Positions 17,243 to 27,679 of a DNA stretch of 41,292 nt are shown one piece after another; positions within the stretch are counted from its first letter, which is position 1; the number at the start of each line of letters is the position of its first letter. The notes below the pieces were generated by a model. That model was not told the origin of the DNA. It saw only the letters and a list, made by a program, of their open reading frames with translations, and did no database searches. Source of the stretch: a virus (lineage: Duplodnaviria; Heunggongvirae; Uroviricota; Caudoviricetes); the IMG/VR virus record IMGVR_UViG_2718217795_000002, positions 1-41,292 of that record, one strand, 5' to 3'. The position numbers and the translations under genes are program-made.

Positions 17243-17593
17243 ATGCCCCCTCGAACTCCAAAAGCCTGCCGCGTTCGCGGCTGCCGTAATACCACGACAG
17301 ACCCGTCAGGCTACTGCGAAAGCCACAAAAGCGAAGGCTGGAAGCAATACAAGCCAGGACAATCCCGTCATCAGCGCGGCTACGGTTCGAAGTGGGACGT
17401 TATCCGTGCGCGTGTGCTGAAACGTGACAAAGGCCTGTGTCAGTTATGTCTGCGTGCCGGTGTGGTGCGTGAAGCGAAAACCGTTGACCACATCATCCCT
17501 AAAGCGCATGGCGGCACCGATGCAGACAGTAATCTGCAGAGCCTGTGCTGGCCGTGCCATAAGGCGAAGACGGCCCGTGAACGGCTGAAGTGA
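17243..17593 (+). CDS. HNH endonuclease (packaging-associated), 116 aa
   Basis: Cys-rich N-terminus, HNH motif (DHIIPKAHGG ... CHKAK); immediately upstream of terminase. Confidence 0.85.
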   Translation: MPPRTPKACRVRGCRNTTTDPSGYCESHKSEGWKQYKPGQSRHQRGYGSKWDVIRARVLKRDKGLCQLCLRAGVVREAKTVDHIIPKAHGGTDADSNLQSLCWPCHKAKTARERLK

Positions 17594-17619
17594 TAATGAT
17601 TCTCAACTGCCTGAGGGGA

Positions 17620-17680
17620 GGGGCGGGTCAAATCCCTGTGACCTGACGTCTTCCGGACTGCCCGCCCCATCGTTTTTTTA
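17620..17680 (+). other. GC-rich inverted repeat (ggggcggg ... cccgcccc) followed by T7 run; putative terminator or cos-proximal structure
   Basis: 8-bp perfect arms 17620-17627 and 17661-17668 with 33-nt spacer, then TTTTTTT 17673-17679. Confidence 0.35.
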
Positions 17681-17718
17681 TACCCGCGAAAAATGAAATT
17701 TAACCAGGAGTGCCGCAT

Positions 17719-18213
17719 ATGGCTGGAACGGCGGGGCGTTCCGGGCGTCGCCCCAAGCCAACGGCGCGCAAGGCGCTGGCCGGAAACCCCGGCAAGCGAG
17801 CCCTGAACAAAGATGAACCTGTTTTTACGCCCATCAAAGGCGTTGAACCACCGGAGTGGTTCGCAGAAGAAAATCTCCCTCTCGCCACGATCATGTGGCA
17901 ACTGACAACCAAAGAACTCTGCGGTCAGGGCCTGCTGTGCGTGACTGACCTCGCGGTGCTTGAGCGGTGGTGCGTAGCCTATGAGTTCTGGCGACGTGCC
18001 GTGAAAAATATTGCCATACAGGGCAACACCATCACCGGTGCAATGGGCGGCATGGTCAAAAATCCGGAGCTGACCGCCAAAAAAGAACAGGAGTCCGAGA
18101 TGAGCAGCACGGGTGCAATGCTCGGACTTGACCCCAGCAGCCGCCAGCGTCTGATTGGCCTGGCGGGGCAGAAGAAAGCTACTAACCCGTTTCTGAAAAT
18201 CATCGAATCATGA
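17719..18213 (+). CDS. Terminase small subunit (P27-like), 164 aa
   Basis: ATG at 17719 with AGGAG SD (track start is GTG 17710); position before terL. Confidence 0.8.
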   Translation: MAGTAGRSGRRPKPTARKALAGNPGKRALNKDEPVFTPIKGVEPPEWFAEENLPLATIMWQLTTKELCGQGLLCVTDLAVLERWCVAYEFWRRAVKNIAIQGNTITGAMGGMVKNPELTAKKEQESEMSSTGAMLGLDPSSRQRLIGLAGQKKATNPFLKIIES

Positions 18214-19943
18214 GCCGGAAATCTTACCCCAACGTAAATGCTGCAAATCAGTATGCCCGGGATGTCGTGCGCGGAAAGATTGTGGCCTGCCAGTTTGTGA
18301 TTCAGGCCTGCCAGCGCCATCTTGATGACCTGATGGAGGAAAAAAGTAAGTCGTTTCGTTACCGCTTCGACAAGGACCTGGCTGAACGGGCCGCGAAATT
18401 TATTCAGCTGTTGCCGCACACCAAGGGTGAGTGGGCATTTAAGAGGATGCCCATCACGCTGGAGCCGTGGCAGCTCTTTGTGATCTGCTGCGCGTTTGGC
18501 TGGGTCAATAAAGGCTCCCGGCTGCGCCGCTTCCGTGAGGTGTATACCGAAATCCCCCGTAAGAACGGCAAATCGGCAATCTCTGCCGGTGTCGCCCTGT
18601 ATTGTTTTGCCTGTGATAACGAGTTCGGCGCGGAAGTGTATTCCGGTGCCACGACGGAGAAACAGGCATGGGAAGTCTTTCGTCCGGCAAGACTGATGTG
18701 TAAACGCACACCCATGCTGACGGAAGCGTTCGGGATTGAGGTTAACGCCTCAAACATGAACCGTCCGGAGGATGGTGCGCGTTTTGAACCGCTGATCGGT
18801 AACCCCGGTGATGGTTCATCACCCCACTGTGCGGTGGTGGATGAATATCACGAGCACGCCACCGATGCGCTTTACACCACGATGCTTACCGGGATGGGGG
18901 CGCGACGTCAGCCACTGATGTGGGCCATTACTACTGCCGGGTACAACATTGAGGGGCCGTGCTACGACAAGCGACGGGAAGTTATCGAGATGCTCAACGG
19001 GTCGGTACCCAACGATGAACTGTTCGGGATCATCTATACCGTTGACGAAGGCGATGACTGGACCGACCCGCAGGTGCTGGAAAAAGCTAACCCGAATATT
19101 GGCGTGTCGGTTTATCGCGAATTTTTGTTAAGTCAGCAGCAGCGTGCGAAAAATAACGCCCGTCAGGCAAACGTCTTTAAAACAAAACACCTCAATATCT
19201 GGGTGTCGGCGCGTTCGGCGTATTTCAACCTGGTGAGCTGGCAGAGCTGCGAGGATAAATCACTGACCCTTGAGCAGTTCGAGGGGCAGCCGTGCATTCT
19301 GGCCTTTGACCTGGCGCGTAAGCTGGATATGAACAGCATGGCGCGACTTTATACCCGCGAGATTGACGGTAAAACGCATTACTACAGTGTGGCCCCGCGT
19401 TTCTGGGTACCGTATGACACGGTGTACAGCGTCGAGAAAAATGAAGATCGCCGGACAGCCGAACGCTTTCAGAAATGGGTGGAAATGGGCGTCCTGACCG
19501 TTACCGATGGTGCGGAGGTGGATTATCGCTACATCCTCGAAGAGGCCAAAGCGGCGAACAAAATCAGCCCGGTCAGCGAGTCACCCATCGACCCCTTCGG
19601 GGCGACCGGGCTGTCACATGACCTTGCTGATGAAGACCTGAATCCCATCACCATCATTCAGAACTACACCAACATGTCCGACCCGATGAAAGAGCTGGAA
19701 GCGGCAATTGAATCGGGGCGCTTTCATCATGATGGCAATCCCATCATGACCTGGTGTATCGGTAACGTGGTCGGCAAAACCATTCCGGGTAACGATGATG
19801 TGGTGAAGCCCGTCAAAGAGCAGGCGGAAAACAAAATCGATGGTGCAGTTGCGCTGATTATGGCGGTTGGCAGAGCCATGCTGTATGAGAAAGAAGACAC
19901 GCTGTCCGACCACATTGAGTCCTACGGGATCCGCTCGCTTTAA
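18210..19943 (+). CDS. Terminase large subunit (HK97-like Terminase_1 family), 577 aa
   Basis: ATPase and nuclease domain signatures; ATGA overlap with terS. Confidence 0.95.
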   Translation: MSRKSYPNVNAANQYARDVVRGKIVACQFVIQACQRHLDDLMEEKSKSFRYRFDKDLAERAAKFIQLLPHTKGEWAFKRMPITLEPWQLFVICCAFGWVNKGSRLRRFREVYTEIPRKNGKSAISAGVALYCFACDNEFGAEVYSGATTEKQAWEVFRPARLMCKRTPMLTEAFGIEVNASNMNRPEDGARFEPLIGNPGDGSSPHCAVVDEYHEHATDALYTTMLTGMGARRQPLMWAITTAGYNIEGPCYDKRREVIEMLNGSVPNDELFGIIYTVDEGDDWTDPQVLEKANPNIGVSVYREFLLSQQQRAKNNARQANVFKTKHLNIWVSARSAYFNLVSWQSCEDKSLTLEQFEGQPCILAFDLARKLDMNSMARLYTREIDGKTHYYSVAPRFWVPYDTVYSVEKNEDRRTAERFQKWVEMGVLTVTDGAEVDYRYILEEAKAANKISPVSESPIDPFGATGLSHDLADEDLNPITIIQNYTNMSDPMKELEAAIESGRFHHDGNPIMTWCIGNVVGKTIPGNDDVVKPVKEQAENKIDGAVALIMAVGRAMLYEKEDTLSDHIESYGIRSL

Positions 19944-19954
19944 CTGAGGTAATT

Positions 19955-20137
19955 ATGATCATGCTGATTCTCGCGCCTCTGGTGGGCGTGCTGGGGGCGC
20001 TTTTGCTGGCGTATGGCGCCTGGCTGATTTATCCCCCGGCGGGGTTTGTTGTTGCCGGGGCGTTGTGCCTGTTCTGGTCGTGGCTGGTAGCGCGATATCT
20101 CGACCGTACACAGATGTCTGTTGGTGGAGGTAAATAG
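19955..20137 (+). CDS. Small membrane protein (two predicted TM helices), 60 aa
   Basis: ATG with GAGG SD; hydrophobic; fills the terL-portal gap. Confidence 0.45.
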   Translation: MIMLILAPLVGVLGALLLAYGAWLIYPPAGFVVAGALCLFWSWLVARYLDRTQMSVGGGK

Positions 20138-21378
20138 TGTTCTTTTCGGGATTATTTCAACGAAAAAGTGACGCACCGGTGACCACGCCAGCAGAGCTGG
20201 TGGATGCTATCGGGCTGTCATACGACACCTATACCGGAAAGCAGATCAGCAGCCAGAGGGCCATGCGACTGACGGCGGTTTTTTCCTGCGTCAGGGTGCT
20301 GGCGGAGTCGGTCGGGATGTTGCCCTGCAACCTGTATCACCTGAACGGCAGCCTGAAGCAGAGAGCCACTGGCGAACGTCTGCATAAGCTGATCTCCACG
20401 CATCCCAATGGCTATATGACGCCGCAGGAGTTCTGGGAGCTGGTGGTCACCTGTCTGTGCCTGCGGGGAAACTTTTACGCCTACAAAGTGAAAACATTTG
20501 GCGAAGTGGCTGAACTGCTGCCCGTCGATCCCGGCTGTGTGGTACCGAAGCTTAACAGTAGCTGGGAGCCGGTCTATCAGGTCACATTCCCGGATGGCTC
20601 CACGGATGTACTGAGCCAGGAGGATATCTGGCATGTGCGCACGCTGACGCTGGACGGACTGGTGGGGCTGAATCCCATCGCCTATGCCCGCGAGGCAATA
20701 TCGCTGGCGGCAGCGACCGAAGAGCACGGGGCCAGACTGTTCAGCAATGGCGCGGTGACGTCGGGTGTGTTGCGTACAGAGCAGACGCTGTCAGATCAGG
20801 CTTACGAGCGCCTGAAGAAAGATTTTGAGGAGCGTCACACCGGGCTTGGCAATGCTCACCGCCCGATGATCCTTGAGATGGGGCTGGACTGGAAGTCGAT
20901 GGCGCTGAACGCCGAGGACAGCCAGTTCCTGGAAACCCGCAAGTTTCAGCTTGAAGAAATCTGTCGTCTGTTCCGGGTGCCGTTGCACATGGTGCAGAAC
21001 ACCGATCGCGCCACCTTCAACAATATCGAAGAGCTGGGGCTGGGATTTATCAACTATTCACTGGTGCCGTATCTGACCCGCATCGAACAGCGGATCAACA
21101 CCGGACTGGTACGAAAAAGTAAGCAGGGCGTTTATTACGCCAAATTTAACGCCGGGGCGTTACTGCGCGGGGATATGAAGTCCCGTTTTGAAGCCTACGC
21201 CACCGGGATCAACTGGGGAATTTACTCTCCCAATGACTGCCGCGACCTGGAAGATATGAATCCGCGTCCCGGTGGTGATGTCTATCTCACACCGATGAAC
21301 ATGACCACGAAACCCTCCGATGGCAGTAAAGCCGGTAAGCAGAAGGATAACGCCAATGCAGACGAAACAACGTCTTGA
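20137..21378 (+). CDS. Portal protein (HK97 family), 413 aa, GTG start
   Basis: Portal family similarity; GTG preceded by GGTGGAGG SD. Confidence 0.9.
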   Translation: MFFSGLFQRKSDAPVTTPAELVDAIGLSYDTYTGKQISSQRAMRLTAVFSCVRVLAESVGMLPCNLYHLNGSLKQRATGERLHKLISTHPNGYMTPQEFWELVVTCLCLRGNFYAYKVKTFGEVAELLPVDPGCVVPKLNSSWEPVYQVTFPDGSTDVLSQEDIWHVRTLTLDGLVGLNPIAYAREAISLAAATEEHGARLFSNGAVTSGVLRTEQTLSDQAYERLKKDFEERHTGLGNAHRPMILEMGLDWKSMALNAEDSQFLETRKFQLEEICRLFRVPLHMVQNTDRATFNNIEELGLGFINYSLVPYLTRIEQRINTGLVRKSKQGVYYAKFNAGALLRGDMKSRFEAYATGINWGIYSPNDCRDLEDMNPRPGGDVYLTPMNMTTKPSDGSKAGKQKDNANADETTS

Positions 21379-22006
21379 TGTACCGCTGAGTCTGAAATCT
21401 GTCAGTGACTCCGGTGAGTTTGAAGGGTATGGCTCCGTCTTTGGTGTAAAGGACAGCCACGATGATGTGGTGATGTCCGGGGCATTTGCTGCTTCCCTGC
21501 GGGCGTGGAGTGACAGAAAAGCGTTACCTGCGCTGCTCTGGCAGCACCGCATGGATGAACCCATCGGTGTTTACACCGAAATGAAGGAAGACGATGTCGG
21601 GCTTTACGTCAGGGGACGGTTGCTTATTGATGATGATCCCCTCGCAAAACGCGCACATGCACACATGAAGGCCGGTTCGTTAACCGGCCTTTCTATTGGG
21701 TACGTCCTGAAAGACTGGGAATACGACCGGAGCAAAGAAGCCTTTCTGCTGAAAGAAATCGACCTATGGGAAGTCAGCCTGGTGACGTTCCCGTCTAACG
21801 ACGAGGCGCGGATCAGCGACGTCAAGAACGCACTGGCCCGCGGGGAAATCCCCGAACAGAAAAAAATCGAAAGAGTCCTGCGTGATGTCGGACTCTCCCG
21901 TACCCAGGCCAAAGCATTCATGGCCGGGGGCTATGGCGCACTGTCCCTGCGCGACGCTGAGGATGTGGGCTCTGCACTGAATGCACTGAAAAATCTGAAC
22001 TTCTAA
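21356..22006 (+). CDS. Prohead maturation protease (HK97 family), about 216 aa
   Basis: HK97-type protease similarity; start set at ATG 21356 (AAGGA SD) rather than track 21320. Confidence 0.85.
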   Translation: MQTKQRLDVPLSLKSVSDSGEFEGYGSVFGVKDSHDDVVMSGAFAASLRAWSDRKALPALLWQHRMDEPIGVYTEMKEDDVGLYVRGRLLIDDDPLAKRAHAHMKAGSLTGLSIGYVLKDWEYDRSKEAFLLKEIDLWEVSLVTFPSNDEARISDVKNALARGEIPEQKKIERVLRDVGLSRTQAKAFMAGGYGALSLRDAEDVGSALNALKNLNF

Positions 22007-22020
22007 TCAGGAGAAATACG

Positions 22021-23226
22021 ATGGCGGTTGATATTAAAGATGTCGAACAGGTCGCGCAGGAGCTGCAGCAGAAGTTTGACGACTTCAAAGCAAAGAACGA
22101 CAAGCGCGTGGATGCGATTGAGCAGGAAAAAGGCAAGCTTGCCGGGCAGGTGGAAACCCTGAACGGGAAACTCAGCGAGCTGGAAAATCTCAAAAGCGAT
22201 CTTGAAAAAGAGCTGCTTGAGCTGAAACGTCCGGCAGGTGGCGCGCAAAATAAACTGGCCACCGAGCATAAAGAAGCGTTTGTGGGCTTTTTGCGTAAAG
22301 GCCGTGAAGACGGTCTGCGCGATCTGGAGCGTAAGGCATTGCAGGTGGGCACCGATGAAGACGGTGGCTATGCCGTGCCGGAAGCACTGGATCGCAACAT
22401 TCTCACCCTGCTGAAAGATGAAGTGGTGATGCGCCAGGAAGCCACGGTAATCACTGTTGGCGGTTCCGACTACAAAAAACTGGTGAATCTGGGCGGCACG
22501 GCTTCCGGATGGGTTGGCGAGACTGACGCGCGCTCCCAGACCGCCACCTCAAAACTGGGACTGATTGAACCTTTCATGGGGGAAATCTACGGTAACCCGC
22601 AGGCCACCCAGAAAATGCTGGATGATGCCTTCTTCAACGTAGAGGCCTGGATCAACAGCGAGCTGGCAACCGAATTTGCCGAACAGGAAGAAATTGCCTT
22701 TACCACTGGTGATGGCACCAAGAAGCCGAAAGGGTTCCTGGCGTATGAGTCCACGGATGAAACCGATAAGGTACGTGCGTTCGGCAAACTTCAGCATATT
22801 GTATCCGGTGAAGCGACGGCAGTGACCGCTGATGCCATTATCAAACTGATTTACACGCTGCGTAAGGCACATCGCACCGGTGCGAAGTTCATGATGAACA
22901 ACAACAGCCTGTTTGCCATTCGTCTGCTGAAAGACACCGAGGGTAACTATCTGTGGCGTCCGGGGCTGGAACTGGGGCAGCCGTCCTCTCTGGCGGGTTA
23001 CGGTATCGCTGAAAACGAGCAGATGCCGGATATCGCCGCGGATGCGAAAGCCATTGCATTTGGTAACTTCAAACGGGGTTACACCATCGTTGACCGTATC
23101 GGTACCCGCATTTTGCGCGATCCGTACACCAATAAACCGTTTGTCGGTTTTTATACCACCAAGCGCACCGGCGGCATGCTGGTCGATTCGCAGGCCATCA
23201 AACTGCTGAAGATTGCTGCGGCGTAA
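22021..23226 (+). CDS. Major capsid protein (HK97 fold, with N-terminal coiled-coil delta domain), 401 aa
   Basis: AGGAG SD; HK97-like MCP similarity; coiled-coil N-terminal 100 aa. Confidence 0.95.
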   Translation: MAVDIKDVEQVAQELQQKFDDFKAKNDKRVDAIEQEKGKLAGQVETLNGKLSELENLKSDLEKELLELKRPAGGAQNKLATEHKEAFVGFLRKGREDGLRDLERKALQVGTDEDGGYAVPEALDRNILTLLKDEVVMRQEATVITVGGSDYKKLVNLGGTASGWVGETDARSQTATSKLGLIEPFMGEIYGNPQATQKMLDDAFFNVEAWINSELATEFAEQEEIAFTTGDGTKKPKGFLAYESTDETDKVRAFGKLQHIVSGEATAVTADAIIKLIYTLRKAHRTGAKFMMNNNSLFAIRLLKDTEGNYLWRPGLELGQPSSLAGYGIAENEQMPDIAADAKAIAFGNFKRGYTIVDRIGTRILRDPYTNKPFVGFYTTKRTGGMLVDSQAIKLLKIAAA

Positions 23227-23274
23227 TCACTCAGGGGCGCTGAACTGCGCCCCTGTTCTGATGGGTGAAGAATC

Positions 23275-23475
23275 ATGATCCTGAAACAAGATCTGAAATG
23301 GTCACCGGACGGTATGCGTGTTGAGGTCATTCAGGCCGGTGAGTATGACGACGGAGCGCTTCCTGCCCGGGTGCAGGAGATTGCACTTCAGGCCGGGTTA
23401 GCAGAGCGCGGAATCAGTGCAAAAAGCAGTAAAGCGGCAAAAGAAAAAAAAGCCACGACCAGTAAAGAGGGCTGA
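23275..23475 (+). CDS. Hypothetical head-associated protein, 66 aa
   Basis: ORF between capsid and connector genes; Lys-rich C-terminus. Confidence 0.5.
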   Translation: MILKQDLKWSPDGMRVEVIQAGEYDDGALPARVQEIALQAGLAERGISAKSSKAAKEKKATTSKEG

Positions 23476-23477
23476 GT

Positions 23478-23801
23478 ATGCTTCTGACAATGGAAGAGAT
23501 TAAAGCCCAACTCCGGCTGGATGAGGATTTCGATACTGATGACCGCCATCTGCAACTGCTGGCATGTGCGGCACAAAAGCGGACGGAAACGTATCTGAAC
23601 CGGAAGCTCTATGCACCGGATGAAACCATTCCGGACAGCGATCCGGACGGGCTGCACCTGCCGGATGATATTCGTCTGGGGATGCTGATGCTTATCAGCC
23701 ATTTTTACGAAAACCGCTCGTCGGTTACGGAAGTGGAGAAACTCGACATGCCGCAGAGTTTTGGCTGGCTTGTCGGCCCGTACAGGTACTTTCCGCAATG
23801 A
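23478..23801 (+). CDS. Head-tail connector (gp6-like), 107 aa
   Basis: Position and similarity to phage head-tail connector family. Confidence 0.8.
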   Translation: MLLTMEEIKAQLRLDEDFDTDDRHLQLLACAAQKRTETYLNRKLYAPDETIPDSDPDGLHLPDDIRLGMLMLISHFYENRSSVTEVEKLDMPQSFGWLVGPYRYFPQ

Positions 23802-24208
23802 AAATTAGTCAGGCGCAGACCAGCGCAACCTACATTCTGCCGGACCCCGGTGAACTGAATAAACGCGTCCTGATCCGCCAGCGGGTGGATATGCCCGCGG
23901 ATAACTTTGGCGTGGAGCCTCAATACCCGGTTACGTTCCGGGCATGGGCGAAGGTTATCCAGACCAGTGCCACCACCTGGCAGGAAACCGCACAGACCGG
24001 GGACGCCATCACCCATTACATCACCATTCGTTACCGCCGGGGGATCACTGCTGATTATGAGGTGGTCTGTGATGACAGTGTGTACCGGGTGAAACGTCAG
24101 CGTGATCTGAACGGGGCGCGGCGCTTTCTGCTGCTGGAGTGTACGGAACTGGGCGAATTTACGCAGAGTCACGGAGGCAGCAATGGCGACTCCATTTTTT
24201 CACGTTGA
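23798..24208 (+). CDS. Head closure / head-tail adaptor protein, 136 aa
   Basis: ATGA coupling; head-tail joining family similarity. Confidence 0.8.
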   Translation: MKISQAQTSATYILPDPGELNKRVLIRQRVDMPADNFGVEPQYPVTFRAWAKVIQTSATTWQETAQTGDAITHYITIRYRRGITADYEVVCDDSVYRVKRQRDLNGARRFLLLECTELGEFTQSHGGSNGDSIFSR

Positions 24209-24689
24209 TGTTCAGCAGCCCGCGGAGATGCGCTTTAACCGCGCCCGTGTCAGGCGGGCGTTTGTCACGATTGGGCAGCGTCATATGCGTGATGCCCGTC
24301 GGCTGGTGATGCGCCGTGCGCGGTCGGCACCGGGTGAAAACCCCGGTTATCAGACCGGACGCCTGGCTCGTTCGATTGGTTACATGGTGCCGAGAGCCAG
24401 TAAAAAGCGAGCCGGTTTTATGACACGCATTGCCCCTAACCAGCGCAACGGGAAGGGGAACCGGATGATCTCTGGTGACTTCTATCCGGCGTTTCTGTTT
24501 TTTGGTGTCCGGGGAGGAGCAAAGCGTCGTCGCAGCCATCATCGTGGTGCATCCGGTGGCAGCGGCTGGCGACTGGCTCCACGTAATAACTTCATGGTGG
24601 AAACGCTTGAAAAGAACCGCAGCTGGACACGCTATTTTCTGGCGCGGGAATTGCGTAAATCACTGAAGCCGGAGCGACGACACAGATGA
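24183..24689 (+). CDS. Tail component (HK97 gp10-like), 168 aa
   Basis: GGAGG SD; conserved position in SfV-like phages. Confidence 0.7.
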   Translation: MATPFFHVDVQQPAEMRFNRARVRRAFVTIGQRHMRDARRLVMRRARSAPGENPGYQTGRLARSIGYMVPRASKKRAGFMTRIAPNQRNGKGNRMISGDFYPAFLFFGVRGGAKRRRSHHRGASGGSGWRLAPRNNFMVETLEKNRSWTRYFLARELRKSLKPERRHR

Positions 24690-25246
24690 AACTGACGCCT
24701 GTTATTGCTGCGCTGCGTGCCCGCTGCCCGTATTTTGAAAACCGGGTGGCAGGCGCGGCACAGTTCAAAAATCTGCCGGAGGTCGGAAAGCTGAGACTCC
24801 CGGCGGCGTATGTGGTACCGGGTGATGACTCTCCGGGAGAAAACAAAAGCCAGACCGACTACTGGCAGGAGCTGAAAGAGGGCTTCTCCGTGGTTGTCAT
24901 ACTGAGTAACGGGCGTGATGAGCGCGGTCAGTTTGCCTCGTATGATGTGGTGGACGATGTCCGGCAGATGCTCTTTAAGGCCCTGCTGGGCTGGAACCCG
25001 GAAGCGTGCGGTAACCCGATTACCTATGACGGCGGCACGCTGCTGGATCTGAATCGTCATGAGCTGATTTATCAGTTCGATTTTTCGGTCATCAGCGAGC
25101 TGACTGAAGACGATACCCGCCAGCAGGATGATCTGAACAGTCTGGATGAACTGCAAACGCTGGCGATTGATGTTGATTATCTCGAGCCCGGTAACGGGCC
25201 TGACGGCGATATCGAACATCACACCGAAATAACCCTTCCTTCCTGA
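24686..25246 (+). CDS. Tail completion / sheath terminator-like protein (Mu gp37-like), 186 aa
   Basis: ATGA coupling; position before sheath gene. Confidence 0.7.
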   Translation: MKLTPVIAALRARCPYFENRVAGAAQFKNLPEVGKLRLPAAYVVPGDDSPGENKSQTDYWQELKEGFSVVVILSNGRDERGQFASYDVVDDVRQMLFKALLGWNPEACGNPITYDGGTLLDLNRHELIYQFDFSVISELTEDDTRQQDDLNSLDELQTLAIDVDYLEPGNGPDGDIEHHTEITLPS

Positions 25247-25254
25247 GGATCCTC

Positions 25255-25425
25255 ATGTTTGTCAAACCTGTTAAAGGGCGGTCAGTGCCTGACCCTGCCC
25301 GCGGCGACCTTTTGCCCGCCGAAGGGCGAAATGTTGACGAGAACAACTACTGGCTGCGCCGTGAAGCAGCGGGTGATATCCGGCGCGTGAATAAAAAGGT
25401 GAACACCGATGACGATAAGCTTTAA
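25255..25425 (+). CDS. Small conserved tail-module protein (DUF2635-like), 56 aa (below ORF-track cutoff)
   Basis: ATG 25255 with GAGGA SD; fills the gap before the sheath gene and overlaps its start; MFVKP...GRSVPDPARGD recalled as conserved in Mu-like tail modules. Confidence 0.5.
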   Translation: MFVKPVKGRSVPDPARGDLLPAEGRNVDENNYWLRREAAGDIRRVNKKVNTDDDKL

Positions 25426-26905
25426 CACCATTCCATCGAATACGCTGGTTCCGCTGTTTTATGCGGAAATGGATAACCAGGCGGCGAATACTGCACAGGA
25501 CAGCGGAGCATCGCTGCTGATTGGTCATGCCAGTAACGGTGCAGAGATTGTTGCCAACAGTCTGGTGTTGATGCCGTCGGCAGACTATGCACGCCAGATT
25601 TGTGGTGCGGGAAGTCAGCTGGCGCGTATGGTCGAGGCTTATCGCCAGACCGACCCGTTTGGTGAGCTGTATGTGATTGCCGTTCCGGAAGCCACAGGCG
25701 CGGCGGCAACGGTTACGCTGACGGTGACCGGGGAAGCAACCGAAAGCGGCGCGGTGAATGTCTATGTGGGACGTACCCGCGTGCAGGCTCCGGTGACCAA
25801 CGGCGATAACGTCACGACGATTGCCAGCAGTATCAAAGATGCCATCAATGCCGTTCCGACTCTGCCGTTTACGGCTTCATCTTCGGCAGGCGTGGTCACA
25901 CTGACCGCGCGTCATAAGGGGCTTTGCGGGAATGAAATTCCTGTCAGCCTCAATTACTACGGCTTTGGTGGGGGCGAAGTGCTGCCAGCGGGCGTACAGA
26001 TTGCCGTGGCGACGGGTACCGCCGGAACGGGTGCTCCGGTTCTCACCGGCGCGGTGGCTGCAATGGCGGATGAGCCGTTTGATTATATCGGCCTGCCGTT
26101 CAACGACACGGCCTCCGTTAACACGCTGGTGACCGAGATGAACGATACCAGCGGTCGCTGGAGCTATGCGCGTCAGCTGTATGGTCATGTGTATACGGCA
26201 AAGATCGGCACGCTGTCAGAACTGGTGACCGCAGGTGACCAGTTTAACCAGCAGCACATTACCCTGGCAGGGTACGAAAAAGAGACCCAGACGCCTGCCG
26301 ACGAGCTGGCGGCAAGCCGTACCGCCCGCGCAGCGGTGTTTATCCGCAACGATCCGGCACGTCCCACGCAGACCGGTGAGCTGGTGGGTATGCTGCCTGC
26401 GCCGAAGGGGAAACGGTTCACGATGACCGAACAACAGACCCTGCTGTCTCATGGCGTGGCAACGGCGTATGTCGAAAGCGGGGTGCTGCGCATTCAGCGT
26501 GATGTCACCACGTACAGGAAAAACGCTTACGGGGTTGCGGATAACAGCTACCTCGACAGCGAGACGCTGCATACCAGTGCCTATGTACTGCGCAAACTGA
26601 AATCCGTCATTACCAGTAAGTACGGGCGTCACAAGCTTGCCAGTGACGGTACCCGCTTTGGTCCCGGTCAGGCGATTGTCACCCCGGCGGTGATCAAAGG
26701 GGAACTGCTGGCAACCTACCGTCAGCTTGAGCGTGCGGGGATCGTGGAAAACTACGAACTGTTTAAGCAGTACCTGGTTGTGGAGCGTGATGCCAGCGAT
26801 CCGAACCGCCTGAACACGCTGTTCCCGCCTGACTATGTTAACCAGTTGCGTGTCTTTGCCGTGGTTAACCAGTTCCGTCTTCAGTATTCAGAGGAGTCCG
26901 CATAA
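25409..26905 (+). CDS. Contractile tail sheath protein (Mu gpL-like), 498 aa
   Basis: Tail sheath family similarity and size. Confidence 0.9.
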   Translation: MTISFNTIPSNTLVPLFYAEMDNQAANTAQDSGASLLIGHASNGAEIVANSLVLMPSADYARQICGAGSQLARMVEAYRQTDPFGELYVIAVPEATGAAATVTLTVTGEATESGAVNVYVGRTRVQAPVTNGDNVTTIASSIKDAINAVPTLPFTASSSAGVVTLTARHKGLCGNEIPVSLNYYGFGGGEVLPAGVQIAVATGTAGTGAPVLTGAVAAMADEPFDYIGLPFNDTASVNTLVTEMNDTSGRWSYARQLYGHVYTAKIGTLSELVTAGDQFNQQHITLAGYEKETQTPADELAASRTARAAVFIRNDPARPTQTGELVGMLPAPKGKRFTMTEQQTLLSHGVATAYVESGVLRIQRDVTTYRKNAYGVADNSYLDSETLHTSAYVLRKLKSVITSKYGRHKLASDGTRFGPGQAIVTPAVIKGELLATYRQLERAGIVENYELFKQYLVVERDASDPNRLNTLFPPDYVNQLRVFAVVNQFRLQYSEESA

Positions 26906-27261
26906 TGGCCCGTATCGGGGGAACCTGTTATTTCAAAATTGACGGTCAGCAGCTATCGCTGACCGGCGGCATTGAGGTGCCCATGAACAGGACGGTCAAT
27001 GATGACATCATCGGCCTGGACGGTTCAGTGGACCGCAAGGAAACTCACCGTGCGCCTTATGTCAAAGGGACCTTCAAGGTGCCGAAGAATTTTCCGGTGA
27101 ACAAAATCACCTCGTCTGATGAGATGACCATCACTGCCGAGCTGGCGAACGGTCAGGTCTATGTACTGTCGTCTGCCTGGCTGCACGGCGAAGCGAACCA
27201 TAATGCCGAAGAAGGCACGGTCGATCTTGAATTCCACGGTGAAGAAGGGGATTACCAGTAA
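26905..27261 (+). CDS. Tail tube protein (Mu gpM-like), 118 aa
   Basis: Position after sheath and family similarity. Confidence 0.85.
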   Translation: MARIGGTCYFKIDGQQLSLTGGIEVPMNRTVNDDIIGLDGSVDRKETHRAPYVKGTFKVPKNFPVNKITSSDEMTITAELANGQVYVLSSAWLHGEANHNAEEGTVDLEFHGEEGDYQ

Positions 27262-27530
27262 TGAAAGAGCTTGAGTTAAAGAAACCGATTACCGCTCATG
27301 GCGAGACACTCTCCGTACTGGAGTTTGATGAGCCCACCGGGAAAGATGTCCGCGAGCTGGGGTATCCCTACCAGATGAATCAGGATGAGTCCGTCAGACT
27401 TCTGGCGCATGTGGTGTCGAAATACATTGTGCGGCTGGCGAAAGTGCCGCAAAGCTCTGTCGACCAGATGTCTCCGGCAGACCTGAATGCAGCGGCGTGG
27501 CTTGTGGCCGGTTTTTTCCTCCAGGCCTGA
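27261..27530 (+). CDS. Tail assembly chaperone (short, zero-frame product), 89 aa
   Basis: Position between tube and tape measure; slippery TTTTTTC near its 3' end. Confidence 0.8.
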   Translation: MKELELKKPITAHGETLSVLEFDEPTGKDVRELGYPYQMNQDESVRLLAHVVSKYIVRLAKVPQSSVDQMSPADLNAAAWLVAGFFLQA

Positions 27531-27679
27531 CGGCTGAATACCTCACTGATCGCTTCTTTGACTGCGCCAGCTACTGGCGCATTAATCCCTTCGAATTGCT
27601 GAATATGCCGATCAGTGAAATTCCCTTGCTGGTCAGTCAGGCAAACAGGATAGAGCAGGAGAAACGCACACATGGCTGA
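27261..27679 (+). CDS. Tail assembly chaperone long form produced by programmed -1 frameshift at T_TTT_TTC (27512-27518), about 139 aa
   Basis: The -1 frame is open from the slip site to 27679 and overlaps the tape-measure start; canonical X_XXY_YYZ heptamer. Confidence 0.55.

Noticed and set aside
20218-20727. 169-aa minus-strand ORF inside the portal gene
   Set aside because: Antisense to a well-supported structural gene; Arg/Gln-rich composition typical of GC-rich shadow frames
24632-25222. 196-aa minus-strand ORF across the tail genes
   Set aside because: Antisense to two coupled tail genes; no independent support
26216-26632. 138-aa minus-strand ORF inside the sheath gene
   Set aside because: Shadow ORF within a conserved structural gene
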